64,000 nucleotides of DNA from Candidatus Heimdallarchaeota archaeon (GCA_018238545.1 JABCTC010000008.1:1-64000), one strand, 5' to 3'; numbered from the stretch's first letter, positions 38,499 to 49,410 are shown. Notes: a model not told the origin generated them from the sequence alone. Numbers and translations are program-made.

Positions 38499-39950
38499 CT
38501 AAACGTCTACGCTATCGAAGTTAACTTTTTTATCTCTCTTATCTGGATGGAACTTATCGATATATTCAGCTGGAATACGTTTTAGTACTCTGTAGGGGTC
38601 ATCAAAAACGCTCAAGAGTTCCCATCCAATGTCGAGTGATTCAAAAATGGATCTATCTTCGTGATAGTCTTGGTTAATAAATTTCTGTTCGAATAACACT
38701 GCAAATTCAAGAATCTTCTTATCGGTATCAGTAAGAGACTCATCTCCTACTACTGCAACAAGATCTCTTAAATCTCGACCTGTAGCATACAGTGCATAAA
38801 GTTGGTCAGCAACATATTTGTGATCGTCCCTTGTAGATCCTTTACCAATTGTATCTTTCATCAATCTAGAAAGAGATGGTAATGGATTAATGGGGGGATA
38901 AAGACCCTTACGATTTAGTCCTACATCTATAAACACTTGTCCCTCTGTAATGTATCCTGTTAAATCTGGAACGGGATGTGTAATGTCATAATTAGGAAGT
39001 GTCAGAATTGGCAATTGGGTGATTGAACCTTTCTTATTAAAAATTCTTCCTGCTCTTTCATATATTGTAGAAAAATCAGAATACATGTAACCAGGGTATC
39101 CTCTCCTACTTGGTACCTCACTTCTTGCTGCCGCAACTTCTCTAAGAGATTCTGCGTAAGCAGTAATATCTGTAAGAATAACTAGAACATGGTAGCCGAG
39201 TTCGTATGCTAAGTGTTCAGCAGTTGTTAGTGCCAATCTAGGTGTTAAAAGCCGTTCAATCGCTGGGTCGTTTGCTAAATTGAGAAACAATACTACTTTG
39301 TCCAATGCACCTGTTTCTTCAAAATCATCTCTAAAGAAACGCGCTTCATCTGCAGTGATTCCCATTGCTGAAAAGATAACTGCAAATTCTTCTTCAGTAC
39401 CAAGAACTTTGGCTTGACGAGCAATTTGAGCTGCAAGCATATTGTGAGGAAGACCACTCCCACTGAATAATGGCAGTTTTTGCCCTCTAACCAGTGTAAG
39501 AAGCGTATCAATTGTGCTGATACCTGTTTCAATAAATTCATTAGGATATTGTCTTGCTGAAGGATTTATAGGCGCTCCATTAACATCTAATATCTTCTCA
39601 GGGACTATGTCACCACCACCATCTATTGGAATACCTCTCCCATTGAAGACTCTCCCTAACATTTCTTTGCTTACACCTATTTGCATGGTCTCCCCTAAGA
39701 ATCTGCAAATTGTGTCTTTGGTCTCTAAACCCGCTGTTCCTTCAAAGCATTGAATAACAGCCAAATCCTTAGAAACATCTAACACTTGTCCTCTTCTTTT
39801 TTCTCCCGTAGTTGTTTGGATTTCAACCATCTCTCCATATGAAACACCACCCTTCCCTTTCAAATCAACAAACATTAGAGGTCCAGAAACTTCTGCTACT
39901 GTTTTGAATTCTCTTGCTTCGTATGACTCTTTTATTGTCATCATTATCAC
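38499..39950 (-). CDS. atpB: A/V-type ATP synthase subunit B
   Basis: [42 protein letters not shown]. Confidence 0.97.
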   Translation of the reverse strand: MIMMTIKESYEAREFKTVAEVSGPLMFVDLKGKGGVSYGEMVEIQTTTGEKRRGQVLDVSKDLAVIQCFEGTAGLETKDTICRFLGETMQIGVSKEMLGRVFNGRGIPIDGGGDIVPEKILDVNGAPINPSARQYPNEFIETGISTIDTLLTLVRGQKLPLFSGSGLPHNMLAAQIARQAKVLGTEEEFAVIFSAMGITADEARFFRDDFEETGALDKVVLFLNLANDPAIERLLTPRLALTTAEHLAYELGYHVLVILTDITAYAESLREVAAARSEVPSRRGYPGYMYSDFSTIYERAGRIFNKKGSITQLPILTLPNYDITHPVPDLTGYITEGQVFIDVGLNRKGLYPPINPLPSLSRLMKDTIGKGSTRDDHKYVADQLYALYATGRDLRDLVAVVGDESLTDTDKKILEFAVLFEQKFINQDYHEDRSIFESLDIGWELLSVFDDPYRVLKRIPAEYIDKFHPDKRDKKVNFDSVDV

Positions 39951-39954
39951 CTAT

Positions 39955-41742
39955 TTACTTGTCTTCCTCCATTCCAAATTGCTGAGGTGTTAAACCATCG
40001 ATTTCTTTCATCAGTTCATTTAAACTAGTTTCGATTTCGCTTCTGTCAACATACTTCATCCTAGCAATTTTGACTACTGCCTCATGATTGAAGATATCTG
40101 TAACTATCGCACCTTTCCCGTAGAGGTCTGATGCTTTTTCATAAAATCGAAGGATGGTTTTTAACATAAGGTATTGTTTTTCTAGACTACAGAAACTATC
40201 TATTTCATGGAATGCATTTTGTTGCAAGAAATCTTCCTTAATCATTTTTGCTGTTTCCAAAATTATTTTTTCACTTGGTGGTAAAGCATCAGGTCCTACT
40301 AAAGCAACAATGTCTTGAAGCTCCTTGTCCTTCTGTAATAGAGCTAATGCTTCAGCGCGTAGTTTTGGAAATTCACTATTTACATTTTCTATGTAATAGT
40401 CTTCTAATGCTGACCAATATAGAGTGTAACTTAATAAGTAGTCAATAGCTGGAAAATGTCTTCTGCTTGCAAGATCTTTTGATAAAGCCCAAAAGACTTT
40501 TACTATACGTAATGTATTCTGTGTTACTGGTTCACTGAAATCCCCACCAGGGGGACTAACTGCTCCTACAACAGTAATACTTGATTCCCTTGGGTTCGAA
40601 CCTAGAGTCAATACTCTTCCAGCTCTTTCATAATATTGAGCGATTCTTGAAGCAAGATAAGCTGGGAACGATTCTTCTCCAGGCATTTCCTCTAAACGAC
40701 CTGAAATTTCTCTCATAGCTTCGGCCCATCTCGAAGTGCTATCTGCCATCATTGCAACATCGTAACCCATATCACGGAAGAACTCAGCCAAAGTGATCCC
40801 AGTGTACACGCTTGCTTCACGAGCAGCAACTGGCATGTTCGAAGTATTTGCAATCAATACTGTTCGATCCATTAATGGACCACCTGTATATGGGTCTACA
40901 AGTTTTGGAAACTCCCTGAGAACATCAGTCATTTCATTACCTCTCTCTCCACAACCTACGTAAACAACAATTTTTGCATCAGACCATTTTGCAAGTTGAT
41001 GCTGACTAACTGTTTTTCCTGTTCCAAAACCACCTGGAATTGCACCTGTTCCGCCTTTTGCAATTGGAGCAAAAGTGTCGAAAATTCTTTGTCCAGTGAT
41101 TAAAGGAACATTTGAAGGCAATCTTGCATGAAATGGTCTAGGGTGTCTAACTGGCCATTCATGATAAAATTTCAAATCTATTTTATCCCCGCTAGGAGTT
41201 ACAATAGTTGCTGAAGTATCATCAATTGTATAATCTCCTCTCTTTGCTATAAACTCTAATTTTCCTTTTATATTTGGTGGGACTAAAAGCTTAAAGTCGA
41301 CTGTTGGAGTTTCAGGGATTTCACCTAAAATATCTCCTCCTGTAACTTTGTCTCCAACTTTTACTGAAGGTTCAAAATCCCACATTTTTTTATGATCTAA
41401 ACCAGGAATCTCGATACCTCTTGCAATAAAATCTCCCGATTTCTCTTTAATGACCGGCAAAGGTCTTTGAATCCCATCAAAAATCTGTCGAATAAGACCG
41501 GGTCCTAATTCAACTGACAACGGCGCATTAGTCAGATAAACAGGTTCTCCAGGCATTAAACCTTCAGTACTCTCATAAACTTGAACTGTAGCTAAGTCAC
41601 CCGTTAATCTGATGATTTCACCTACTAATTTCTCTTCACCTATTCTTGCTACATCGTAAAGTTTTGATCCTAACATATTAGAAGCTTGGACTACGGGTCC
41701 TGCGATTCTATCTATAATCCCAATTTGTTCAGAACTAGCCAT
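39955..41742 (-). CDS. atpA: A/V-type ATP synthase subunit A
   Basis: [24 protein letters not shown]; no intein. Confidence 0.97.
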   Translation of the reverse strand: MASSEQIGIIDRIAGPVVQASNMLGSKLYDVARIGEEKLVGEIIRLTGDLATVQVYESTEGLMPGEPVYLTNAPLSVELGPGLIRQIFDGIQRPLPVIKEKSGDFIARGIEIPGLDHKKMWDFEPSVKVGDKVTGGDILGEIPETPTVDFKLLVPPNIKGKLEFIAKRGDYTIDDTSATIVTPSGDKIDLKFYHEWPVRHPRPFHARLPSNVPLITGQRIFDTFAPIAKGGTGAIPGGFGTGKTVSQHQLAKWSDAKIVVYVGCGERGNEMTDVLREFPKLVDPYTGGPLMDRTVLIANTSNMPVAAREASVYTGITLAEFFRDMGYDVAMMADSTSRWAEAMREISGRLEEMPGEESFPAYLASRIAQYYERAGRVLTLGSNPRESSITVVGAVSPPGGDFSEPVTQNTLRIVKVFWALSKDLASRRHFPAIDYLLSYTLYWSALEDYYIENVNSEFPKLRAEALALLQKDKELQDIVALVGPDALPPSEKIILETAKMIKEDFLQQNAFHEIDSFCSLEKQYLMLKTILRFYEKASDLYGKGAIVTDIFNHEAVVKIARMKYVDRSEIETSLNELMKEIDGLTPQQFGMEEDK

Positions 41743-41861
41743 GTTATGTTCCTACTATCCTTTTCCTACTCAACTATTAGCTTCCTTTTTTTAAGTTTTA
41801 TTACATCTCCTTATTTGCTTTGGAACGCTCTTAAATTAAAAACTAAAAGAAGAGAACAGAT

Positions 41862-43244
41862 TTAGCTTAATCTTTGTAATGCGTCCTGAACAAGTCTCAT
41901 ACCCTTAGTCATAATATCACTTGCATTTTTCTCAGTTTTAGCTTCAGCGAATACTCTGAAAATAGGTTCTGTTCCAGAAGGTCTAATTAATACCCAACCT
42001 TCATCATAGATGAGTTTCACTCCATCCATACTTATGATTTCAACATTTTCTGGGACGGTTGCAACAATGTGGTCCATTGCCCTCTTTTTTAATTCATTTG
42101 GGCAAGATAATTTGTTTTTCTTCTGAAAATATTCAGGTAATTCTAGTACCAAATCACTGAAAGTTTTTTCAGTTTCTGCCAATATATTTGCCATCAGAGC
42201 CGCGGCCATCGCACCATCTCGTACGCTTTGATGTAATCCATAAAACAACCCTCCATTCTCTTCTCCACCCAAAAGACTGTTCCTGGATATCATTTCTCTA
42301 CTTACAAAAATACAACCTACTGGGGTCCAGATTACCTTTCCTCCAATCGCATCAGCGATGTCAACAACTGCAGATGACGAGCTAACAGGTGTAACAAATT
42401 GTTTGTTTTCATGATTACTCATAAACCATTTTTCGAACAAAGCTATAGATTTATCTCCAAAGAAAATAGTGCCCTTTTCATCTCCAAATATTGCTCTATC
42501 TGCATCTCCATCATGTGCTACTGAGAAATTGCATTTGCTTTGCAAAGTGATTTTACTCATTTCAGTTAATCTTTCTGGGTTAGGTTCTGATCCTCTTCCT
42601 GGGAACCTTCCATCTAAGTTACCATTAACTGTAATTACTCTCACTCCAAGTTGTCGAAGTAATTCTGGAGTAATGACACTCCCCGCTCCGTTTCCAGTAT
42701 CAACTACAACAGACATCTTTTTCTTTTGTATGTTATCTATGTTTACTAATTGTATTATTTGATTAATGTATTCCTGTTTAAGATCCATTTTTGTGACTGA
42801 ACCATTTTCATCCCAAGGAGCAAAGGTAAATTGTTCTTTCTCAAAAATTTCTTCAACTTTAAGTTGTTTTCTTATATCAATTTCAATTCCATCATCGTCT
42901 ATGATTTTGAGACCGTTAAATTGAGGGGGGTTGTGACTTGCTGTAACCACTATTCCCATGTTTGTTTGTAAATGTTTTACTGCAAATTGAACCAAGGGAG
43001 TGGGAACCACACCTAAATCTATTACTTCTATCCCACTTGCAAGGAAACTAGAAATGACATTGTTTTTGATAAAAGGGCTACTAAGCCTGGAATCTGTTCC
43101 TATGATTACAGTTCCCTTATTTTTTAACATCGAAGCTATAGCAGAAGACATTTTTGATATAAATTCCGGTGTAATTAAATCACCAATAATGCCTCTTATC
43201 CCGTTGGTTCCAAAATATTTCATGTTCATTACATCACAGAACAA
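41862..43244 (-). CDS. glmM: Phosphoglucosamine mutase/phosphomannomutase
   Basis: FGTNGIRG, TASHNP, HDGDADR, GGEENGG, RPSGTEP. Confidence 0.88.
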   Translation of the reverse strand: MFCDVMNMKYFGTNGIRGIIGDLITPEFISKMSSAIASMLKNKGTVIIGTDSRLSSPFIKNNVISSFLASGIEVIDLGVVPTPLVQFAVKHLQTNMGIVVTASHNPPQFNGLKIIDDDGIEIDIRKQLKVEEIFEKEQFTFAPWDENGSVTKMDLKQEYINQIIQLVNIDNIQKKKMSVVVDTGNGAGSVITPELLRQLGVRVITVNGNLDGRFPGRGSEPNPERLTEMSKITLQSKCNFSVAHDGDADRAIFGDEKGTIFFGDKSIALFEKWFMSNHENKQFVTPVSSSSAVVDIADAIGGKVIWTPVGCIFVSREMISRNSLLGGEENGGLFYGLHQSVRDGAMAAALMANILAETEKTFSDLVLELPEYFQKKNKLSCPNELKKRAMDHIVATVPENVEIISMDGVKLIYDEGWVLIRPSGTEPIFRVFAEAKTEKNASDIMTKGMRLVQDALQRLS

Positions 43245-43365
43245 ATCTCATGTTATAACATTTTCTAAATTTCATTCTAATAAGAATCAAACAAGAAAAC
43301 ATAGAGATAGAACAAAATCTTTTAAAAACTACATTGTTGGAATATCTTAACGACACGAATTAAAG

Positions 43366-43686
43366 ATGGTCTTTACTATGAGCGTTGACTTTCTAAAAAC
43401 CATAAGAGAAACAGAAAGAGAGTGCGAACAAGATATCAAGAACGCCGAAACTACTAAACAAAATGCTTTAATGGAAGCAGAAAAGAAAACAGTTTTGAAA
43501 ATTCGAGATACCGAAATTCAAGCTAAAGAAGAAGCTACTAAAATTTTGTCTGGTGTAAAAGATAGAGTCGAAAAAGAATACGTCAAAATGCTTAATTTAT
43601 TCGAGGAAGAGCAAAATGAGTTAAAAGCTAAAGCAAAAATACAAGAGAAAAAAGCAATTGACTTTGTCTTAGAAGAAATAATGTAA
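43366..43686 (+). CDS. A/V-type ATP synthase peripheral stalk subunit H/G
   Basis: All-helical E/K/A-rich ~100 aa ending KAIDFVLE; precedes subunit F. Confidence 0.75.
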   Translation: MVFTMSVDFLKTIRETERECEQDIKNAETTKQNALMEAEKKTVLKIRDTEIQAKEEATKILSGVKDRVEKEYVKMLNLFEEEQNELKAKAKIQEKKAIDFVLEEIM

Positions 43687-43690
43687 AACA

Positions 43691-44035
43691 TTGACAGTGA
43701 TTCCAATGAGTACTCCTCAAAGAACAAAAATCGTAAGCGTAGGCGATGAAGAAACATCTATGGGCTTTAAATTAGCAGGAATATCAGAGGTTTATACTGA
43801 AGAACCTGAAAAATCTGGTTCTATCTTGCGTTCTCTTGCCGATGATCCTGAGATAGCTGTTCTTATTATCACTGAAGAAGTGGCAAAAGCGAATATTGAT
43901 GTTATAAGAAGAATACGCATTCATCCCTATCCTGTTATCGTTGAAGTTCCAGGTAAGAAAGCAAAATATGATAGTGCCGAGGATAAAGTTCGTGCATTAA
44001 TCAAAATGGCTTTAGGTATTGACATAGAAACGTAA
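43691..44035 (+). CDS. atpF: A/V-type ATP synthase subunit F
   Basis: VGDEETSMGFKLAGI, PVIVEVP, ALGID. Confidence 0.92.
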   Translation: MTVIPMSTPQRTKIVSVGDEETSMGFKLAGISEVYTEEPEKSGSILRSLADDPEIAVLIITEEVAKANIDVIRRIRIHPYPVIVEVPGKKAKYDSAEDKVRALIKMALGIDIET

Positions 44036-44079
44036 AAAACTATATACTTAGTTTTCTATATTAAAAAGAGGAAAAACCA

Positions 44080-44334
44080 ATGAATGACAAATTTGTTGGA
44101 GTGGTAATGATTATCAGCTCTTTAGGTGTGATGGTTTTTATGTTCATATGGACCATTATCCTTCCGATATTAGATGAACAGTTTCTGTTCAAAGCCTATA
44201 TGGCTATTGCGATTGTAATATTTAGTGCAATCTTTGTTTTAACAATGTTAACCGTATGGATTGGTTTAAATTTTCTAAAGAACCGAGCTCCTAAAGAAGA
44301 TCTCTCTGAACAAAAAATTGAAATTAAACAATAA
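44080..44334 (+). CDS. DPM2-like two-TM protein
   Basis: 84 aa; DxxVG..SL..WxIxLPxxDxQ..FLxKAY..AI pattern as recalled for eukaryotic DPM2. Confidence 0.65.
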   Translation: MNDKFVGVVMIISSLGVMVFMFIWTIILPILDEQFLFKAYMAIAIVIFSAIFVLTMLTVWIGLNFLKNRAPKEDLSEQKIEIKQ

Positions 44335-44346
44335 TGGTGAATATAT

Positions 44347-44724
44347 ATGATAGGTGGAAAAAGACCAATGTCACCTCGTGAAGCTAAAAGAATGCAAGCG
44401 AGAATGAGACAAATTGAATTGGAAGATGTAGAAGAAGTAATTATTCGCTTTGCAGACAAGGAAACGGTGATCTATACCCCTTCTGTTAGGAAAGCTTTTA
44501 TTCCTGGTATGATGGATTCTGACACGTGGCAAGTTGTAGGACCCGGCATTGACCGTCCTCGAGGTAGCGAATCTGGTGCGACTGCCGGTGTTAATATCAA
44601 TGAAGCAGATGTAGAGCTGGTTATGGCTCAAACAGGTGCATCAGAAGAGGCAGTTCGCAAAGTCCTAGAAGAAGAAAACGGCGATTTAGCTGGAGCCATT
44701 GTAAAACTAAAAATAAAGAAATAG
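44347..44724 (+). CDS. nac: Nascent polypeptide-associated complex protein
   Basis: VEEVIIR NAC domain; DVELVMAQTG..GDLAGAI UBA. Confidence 0.92.
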   Translation: MIGGKRPMSPREAKRMQARMRQIELEDVEEVIIRFADKETVIYTPSVRKAFIPGMMDSDTWQVVGPGIDRPRGSESGATAGVNINEADVELVMAQTGASEEAVRKVLEEENGDLAGAIVKLKIKK

Positions 44725-44726
44725 AT

Positions 44727-45212
44727 TTATTTCTTTTCCCCTATTCCCTTTCTTGTATCTACTGCAACACCAATATTCATCTGTAACATCAGCTTTCCAG
44801 GCATTTTTGCTATTCCGATTCCAATAAATTCGTCTTGGTGATTAACAATTAGTACTTCTTCCTTAGGGGATATTTTTTCATCGGCTTCTAAAACGTGTTT
44901 TGCAAAAACAGATTTGCTTTTTCTTATGAAAGATTCTATGTCTTCAATTATCTTTACTCTCAATCCTAGTTTGTTCTCATATAATTTTTCTCCACCCACA
45001 ATGGAAAGTATAAGAAAACCATCACGAACACGAAAAGAGCATAATCTATCACCGTTTAAATACACAATTTTTATCCTTTTTGTGCCCCTAGAACGTTCAA
45101 TCATTATATCTTTAGGAAACAATACATCGCCTGCCCCTCTTCCAAATTGAAAATCGGCTATCCCCTTTAGTTGCCTTATGTCATAAAGTGTTGGTTTCTC
45201 CAATCTAGGCAT
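44727..45212 (-). CDS. PUA-domain protein (TGT C2/PUA-like)
   Basis: IADFQFG, KSVFAKHV, EEVLIV, GVAVDTRKG. Confidence 0.82.
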   Translation of the reverse strand: MPRLEKPTLYDIRQLKGIADFQFGRGAGDVLFPKDIMIERSRGTKRIKIVYLNGDRLCSFRVRDGFLILSIVGGEKLYENKLGLRVKIIEDIESFIRKSKSVFAKHVLEADEKISPKEEVLIVNHQDEFIGIGIAKMPGKLMLQMNIGVAVDTRKGIGEKK

Positions 45213-45270
45213 GTTATGTAGACTGTTTGTATTAGTAATAAAAATTGTTATTGGCAAGAAATAGTTCTTT

Positions 45271-46134
45271 CTAATATTTATCAACAAAGATATCCGAACA
45301 TAAATGATACAATCTTGGTGAATATTTTTTAATTTGCCTAATCTCTTTTACTTCTATTTTGTATCCGGATTCATTTATGGCTTGTTTAACAATCTCTATT
45401 GGTTGTTCTAAATTATCTCGGGGCGCTAGACTGTGATAGTGTATCCACCCTTGATTTTCTATTGCTTCTAAGGCACATCGAAACTGATTGTAATCAATGT
45501 CAAAGTACCCCATTAACACTCTAGTTGCAAAGTTTTTCGGTGTACTAGTTCTATTATTTCCATAGATTGGAAAATATCTATTACTTACTTTGTTTACCGC
45601 AATATTTTGTTTTAGAAAATCAAACGCAATTTGATTCCATTCAATGCCGTAAACTCTAATAGACGGTCTATTCACAACAATAGGCAAGGATAAATTTCCA
45701 ATACAAGCAAACATATCACAAATGACTTCGTTATCATTCACTGCTTGAATTAAATGATTTCTTTCATTCTTATTTCCTGGAGAAAATGTGACCGATTCCA
45801 AATCTATTTTGAAAATAGTATTAAATTCTTTGTGGGAAGTTTTTGTCCTTTTTTCTCCAGCGACATGCGTAATAACTGGTTTTCGATAAGGTGAAATAGT
45901 GTCTAATTGCTCTACAACTATCTTAACTTGAGGATCAATTGAGATTAATTTCTCCCCTATCGTTCTTTTGTAGTCATCTATCTTTGGATTTAGATGTCTA
46001 ATAACTGCAATATCTCCTATAACAGCATACCCAGAAGGTAGCCTATCTAGTAAATCTTTGGGCATTTTCCTCTTTAGTGATTCTTGAAGTTTCTCTTTGA
46101 ATTTCATTAAACCTAAAGAATCTTTTAACACCAA
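45271..46134 (-). CDS. Trm5/Taw2-family tRNA-modifying SAM enzyme
   Basis: IGDIAV, FSPGNKNER, DMFACIG, RVLMGY. Confidence 0.85.
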   Translation of the reverse strand: MVLKDSLGLMKFKEKLQESLKRKMPKDLLDRLPSGYAVIGDIAVIRHLNPKIDDYKRTIGEKLISIDPQVKIVVEQLDTISPYRKPVITHVAGEKRTKTSHKEFNTIFKIDLESVTFSPGNKNERNHLIQAVNDNEVICDMFACIGNLSLPIVVNRPSIRVYGIEWNQIAFDFLKQNIAVNKVSNRYFPIYGNNRTSTPKNFATRVLMGYFDIDYNQFRCALEAIENQGWIHYHSLAPRDNLEQPIEIVKQAINESGYKIEVKEIRQIKKYSPRLYHLCSDIFVDKY

Positions 46135-46174
46135 TTTTTAATATTATCCTCTCTTTCATATTAATAGAAGAAGA

Positions 46175-46723
46175 ATGTTACTACAAGCAAAATTGAACCA
46201 AGACTTTGCATTAATAGTAGAAAAAGAAGGTAATTCTCTATACAGTCAAGGTTGGTATGGTCAATATACAAACAAGAATCACTTGAAATTAGATCCCTAT
46301 GAGACCGTGATTCTCCTAGAAAGAGGCAGAATTGAAGTAGTAGAATCAAATGATGATATCTTATCTCTCTCTGAAGTGGTAGCATTTTTCTCAAATAACA
46401 TCCCAAATTTTCTCGTTCATTATCTTCTCTATAAAGACTTGCGCGGAAGAGGCTATGTTATAAAACGCCATTCGAAGAACAATAAATACTTCGAACTCTA
46501 CGAAAGAGGTGCAACTCCTAAAAATGCAAAACATTTAGCATTGGTAGTTCCCATGGTTGAGGGTGTTTTGTTTGACATAGACAGCATTGATCAAATTGTC
46601 TCTGAATCAAAATCAATTAGTAAGCAATTGATTTTTGCAGTTATTGACAGTTTGGGGGATGTTTCTTATTACAGTGTAAGTGAGCTAGAATTCCCTGATC
46701 TTACTGAACAAAAGGAGATTTGA
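46175..46723 (+). CDS. endA: tRNA-splicing endonuclease subunit
   Basis: LDPYETVILLERG, YKDLRGRGY, LYERG, AVIDSLGDVSYY. Confidence 0.85.
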   Translation: MLLQAKLNQDFALIVEKEGNSLYSQGWYGQYTNKNHLKLDPYETVILLERGRIEVVESNDDILSLSEVVAFFSNNIPNFLVHYLLYKDLRGRGYVIKRHSKNNKYFELYERGATPKNAKHLALVVPMVEGVLFDIDSIDQIVSESKSISKQLIFAVIDSLGDVSYYSVSELEFPDLTEQKEI

Positions 46724-46727
46724 TGAA

Positions 46728-48548
46728 ATGAAATATACACCTGATACAAGCGTAATAATAAATGGTCAGTTTTTAAAATATCTTTCAACACAAAAAGACG
46801 TTGAAACAATCGTCCTTTCGCGCGTTGTTTTAGCTGAAATAGAAAATATGGCAAATCAAGCAAAAACAACAGGAATGGTAGCCTTAGAAGAATTACAATC
46901 TATGAGAGATTTCTGTGCAAAGAATGGTTTCAATATACTTATTGATGGTTTTAGGCCAACAAGTAATCAGATACGAGGGGCTCCATCAGGAGAATTAGAT
47001 GCACAAATTCGAGAGTTGGCACAAGAGCATCAATCTATGTTAGTTACTTCTGATAAAGTGATGGCAGAAATTGGGAAGGCTGAAGGGCTTGTTGTTGTAT
47101 ATCTTAAGCAAGCTACCAGAAGCATAGGTAAGAAGATTGAAGATTACTTTGATGAACAAACGATGTCAATCCATTTACGAGAGAAAAATCCCCCATTAGG
47201 AAAAAAGGGAAAACCTGGAGATTTTGAGCTAGTTAGCTTGTCTGATGAGGAGATTCTTACTCGAGAATATCTCGAAGAACTAGCTAAAGATGTTATAGAG
47301 AGAGCAACTAGAGAAGAAGACAGTTTCATAGAATCTGATAGATTTGGTACTTCTGTTATTCAACTAAGGAATACCAGAATTGTGATTATTCGTCCTCCTT
47401 TTAGTGATGCAATGGAAATAACAGCAGTAAGACCGATTCTAAAACTCACACTAGAAGATTATAAATTGGATTATAAATTACTCGAAAGAATTGAGAAAAA
47501 AGCTGAAGGGATCATTATTGCTGGACCTCCTGGCGCTGGGAAAAGCACATTTGCTACAGCGGTTGCTGAGTTTTATGCTGACAAAGGTAAGATTGTAAAA
47601 ACATTTGAGAATCCTAGAGATTTGCAAGTTGATAACAGGATAACACAAATGTCTGGTTTTGAAGGGGATATCTCTGCTTCTGCAGATTTGGTTCTTCTCA
47701 TGCGTCCTGATCATGTTATTTATGATGAATTAAGAAAAACAAAGGATTTTGAAACTTATTCAGATTTGCGTTTGGCAGGGATTGGTCTGTTGGGTGTAGT
47801 TCACGCAACACAAGCAATAGATGGTATTCAACGATTTATCAAACGAGTAGACTTGGGCATTATCCCTTCTATTGTTGACACCATTATTTTTATTGCAAAG
47901 GGAGATGTTGCAAAAATTTACACTCTTTTTATGACAGTTAAAGTTCCGACAGGAATGACCGAAAAGGATCTAAGCAGACCAGTGATTCTCGTAAAAGATT
48001 TCCTCACAAATAAACCAGAATATGAAATTTACACTTTTGGTGAGCAAATAGTTGTTTCTCCAATTAATAAATCTACAAGACGTTCAGCGAGTGGGAAATC
48101 CATCTCGTCTGTAACACCAGCAAGATTACAGAAGGTGCTGAAGAAATACTCTATTTATGATTTCAATTTTAAATTCGAACCTCCAAATTCATTATCCCTC
48201 TTCGTTTCAGACAAAGATAGACCACGCGTAATAGGAAAAAATGGAAAAAGGATTGAAGAAATAGAACAAAAACTTGGTTTATCAATAGATGTGAAAACCT
48301 TTGGGGAGAAACAAGAAAATGAAGAAGCGGAATATATCTTGGATGTTTATCCTACAAAGAGCAAGATGATAGTAGTGTTCCCCCCAACCTGTATTGGTGA
48401 GGATGTTTTGATTGCAATAAATGGTGAGGTTGTGTTTCAACTAACTGTAGGAAAATCTGGAGAAATCGGCATCGGAAAAGATACTGAAACAGGAAGAGCA
48501 TTATCGGATGCTCATAAAAAAGGAGCAACAATTAGTGCTATTTTATGA
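46728..48548 (+). CDS. PIN-domain ATPase with KH domain (PINA)
   Basis: PDTSVII PIN, GPPGAGKST, DELRK, VIGKNGKRI KH. Confidence 0.92.
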   Translation: MKYTPDTSVIINGQFLKYLSTQKDVETIVLSRVVLAEIENMANQAKTTGMVALEELQSMRDFCAKNGFNILIDGFRPTSNQIRGAPSGELDAQIRELAQEHQSMLVTSDKVMAEIGKAEGLVVVYLKQATRSIGKKIEDYFDEQTMSIHLREKNPPLGKKGKPGDFELVSLSDEEILTREYLEELAKDVIERATREEDSFIESDRFGTSVIQLRNTRIVIIRPPFSDAMEITAVRPILKLTLEDYKLDYKLLERIEKKAEGIIIAGPPGAGKSTFATAVAEFYADKGKIVKTFENPRDLQVDNRITQMSGFEGDISASADLVLLMRPDHVIYDELRKTKDFETYSDLRLAGIGLLGVVHATQAIDGIQRFIKRVDLGIIPSIVDTIIFIAKGDVAKIYTLFMTVKVPTGMTEKDLSRPVILVKDFLTNKPEYEIYTFGEQIVVSPINKSTRRSASGKSISSVTPARLQKVLKKYSIYDFNFKFEPPNSLSLFVSDKDRPRVIGKNGKRIEEIEQKLGLSIDVKTFGEKQENEEAEYILDVYPTKSKMIVVFPPTCIGEDVLIAINGEVVFQLTVGKSGEIGIGKDTETGRALSDAHKKGATISAIL

Positions 48549-49283
48549 TTCTTCCTTTTCAGATCTCGTGAAGACTACTTCAGAAGAAGTGGGGTGTCCA
48601 ATGATTATTCTATCAGAATCATCTGGAAATATTCCATTTTCAACTACTCCTGGGATTAATGTTATCTGTCTTTCCATTACGAACGGGTCATATGGTTCCT
48701 TGAAGTGAACATCACCAATTATATTACCATTATCAGAAACCACAGGACCAATCTTCCCTGTACCGTATCGCAGTTTAAATTCACCACCCAAATCAAAGAT
48801 GGGTTTAATTATGGTATTTATGGCTTGGGGAAGTACTTCAATTGGAACAGGAAAACTATTTAGTTCTCTGGGAAATTTAGAAAAATCTGCTATAACAATA
48901 AACTCTTGGGATGCTCGTGCCATAATTTTTTCCATTGTCAAAGCTCCACCTCCACCTTTTATAAGTACAAAATCCTCCGTGATTATATCTGCTCCATCCA
49001 CATAAATTTCCAATTCTGATTCTTCAATCAGTGACCCTGTTGGTAAACCTACTTTCGCTAATTCAATCTGACTTTCGAGTGATGAAGGAATGCAAAGAAT
49101 ATCTAACTCATCTTTTTCAACCAGTTCAGAAAGAGCTTGAATAAAGAACTTTACAGTGCTACCTGTGCCTATTCCAACTGTAAAGTCATCATAAATGAAC
49201 TCTTTAGCAGCTCTTACCGCTGCGTTTATCTTAGAATTATCAATATTCTCTGTCATTGCAATATCACTTATTCTAAATGACAT
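48543..49283 (-). CDS. rpiA: Ribose-5-phosphate isomerase A
   Basis: GIGTGST, DGAD, KGGGGALTMEK, PGVVENGIF. Confidence 0.95.
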   Translation of the reverse strand: MSFRISDIAMTENIDNSKINAAVRAAKEFIYDDFTVGIGTGSTVKFFIQALSELVEKDELDILCIPSSLESQIELAKVGLPTGSLIEESELEIYVDGADIITEDFVLIKGGGGALTMEKIMARASQEFIVIADFSKFPRELNSFPVPIEVLPQAINTIIKPIFDLGGEFKLRYGTGKIGPVVSDNGNIIGDVHFKEPYDPFVMERQITLIPGVVENGIFPDDSDRIIIGHPTSSEVVFTRSEKEES

Positions 49284-49300
49284 TAGAAAGAATTACTTGT

Positions 49301-49410
49301 AAAATCTTTTGTATTAAGAACGCACGTTATGAAACTTGGTCAAACTTGCCAGAGGCGGTCTAACCGTCGTTTAAGTGGGTCCCCTCACGTGCGATGAGGG
49401 GAAGAGGATC
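49301..49410 (-). ncRNA. Putative TnpB omegaRNA (3' part of scaffold plus flanking guide)
   Basis: CCCCTCA-TCGCACG-TGAGGGG hairpin whose loop is complementary to CGTGCG at the element terminus. Confidence 0.6.

Noticed and set aside
39955-41742. Intein in ATPase subunit A
   Set aside because: Normal 595-aa length; no insertion after the P-loop
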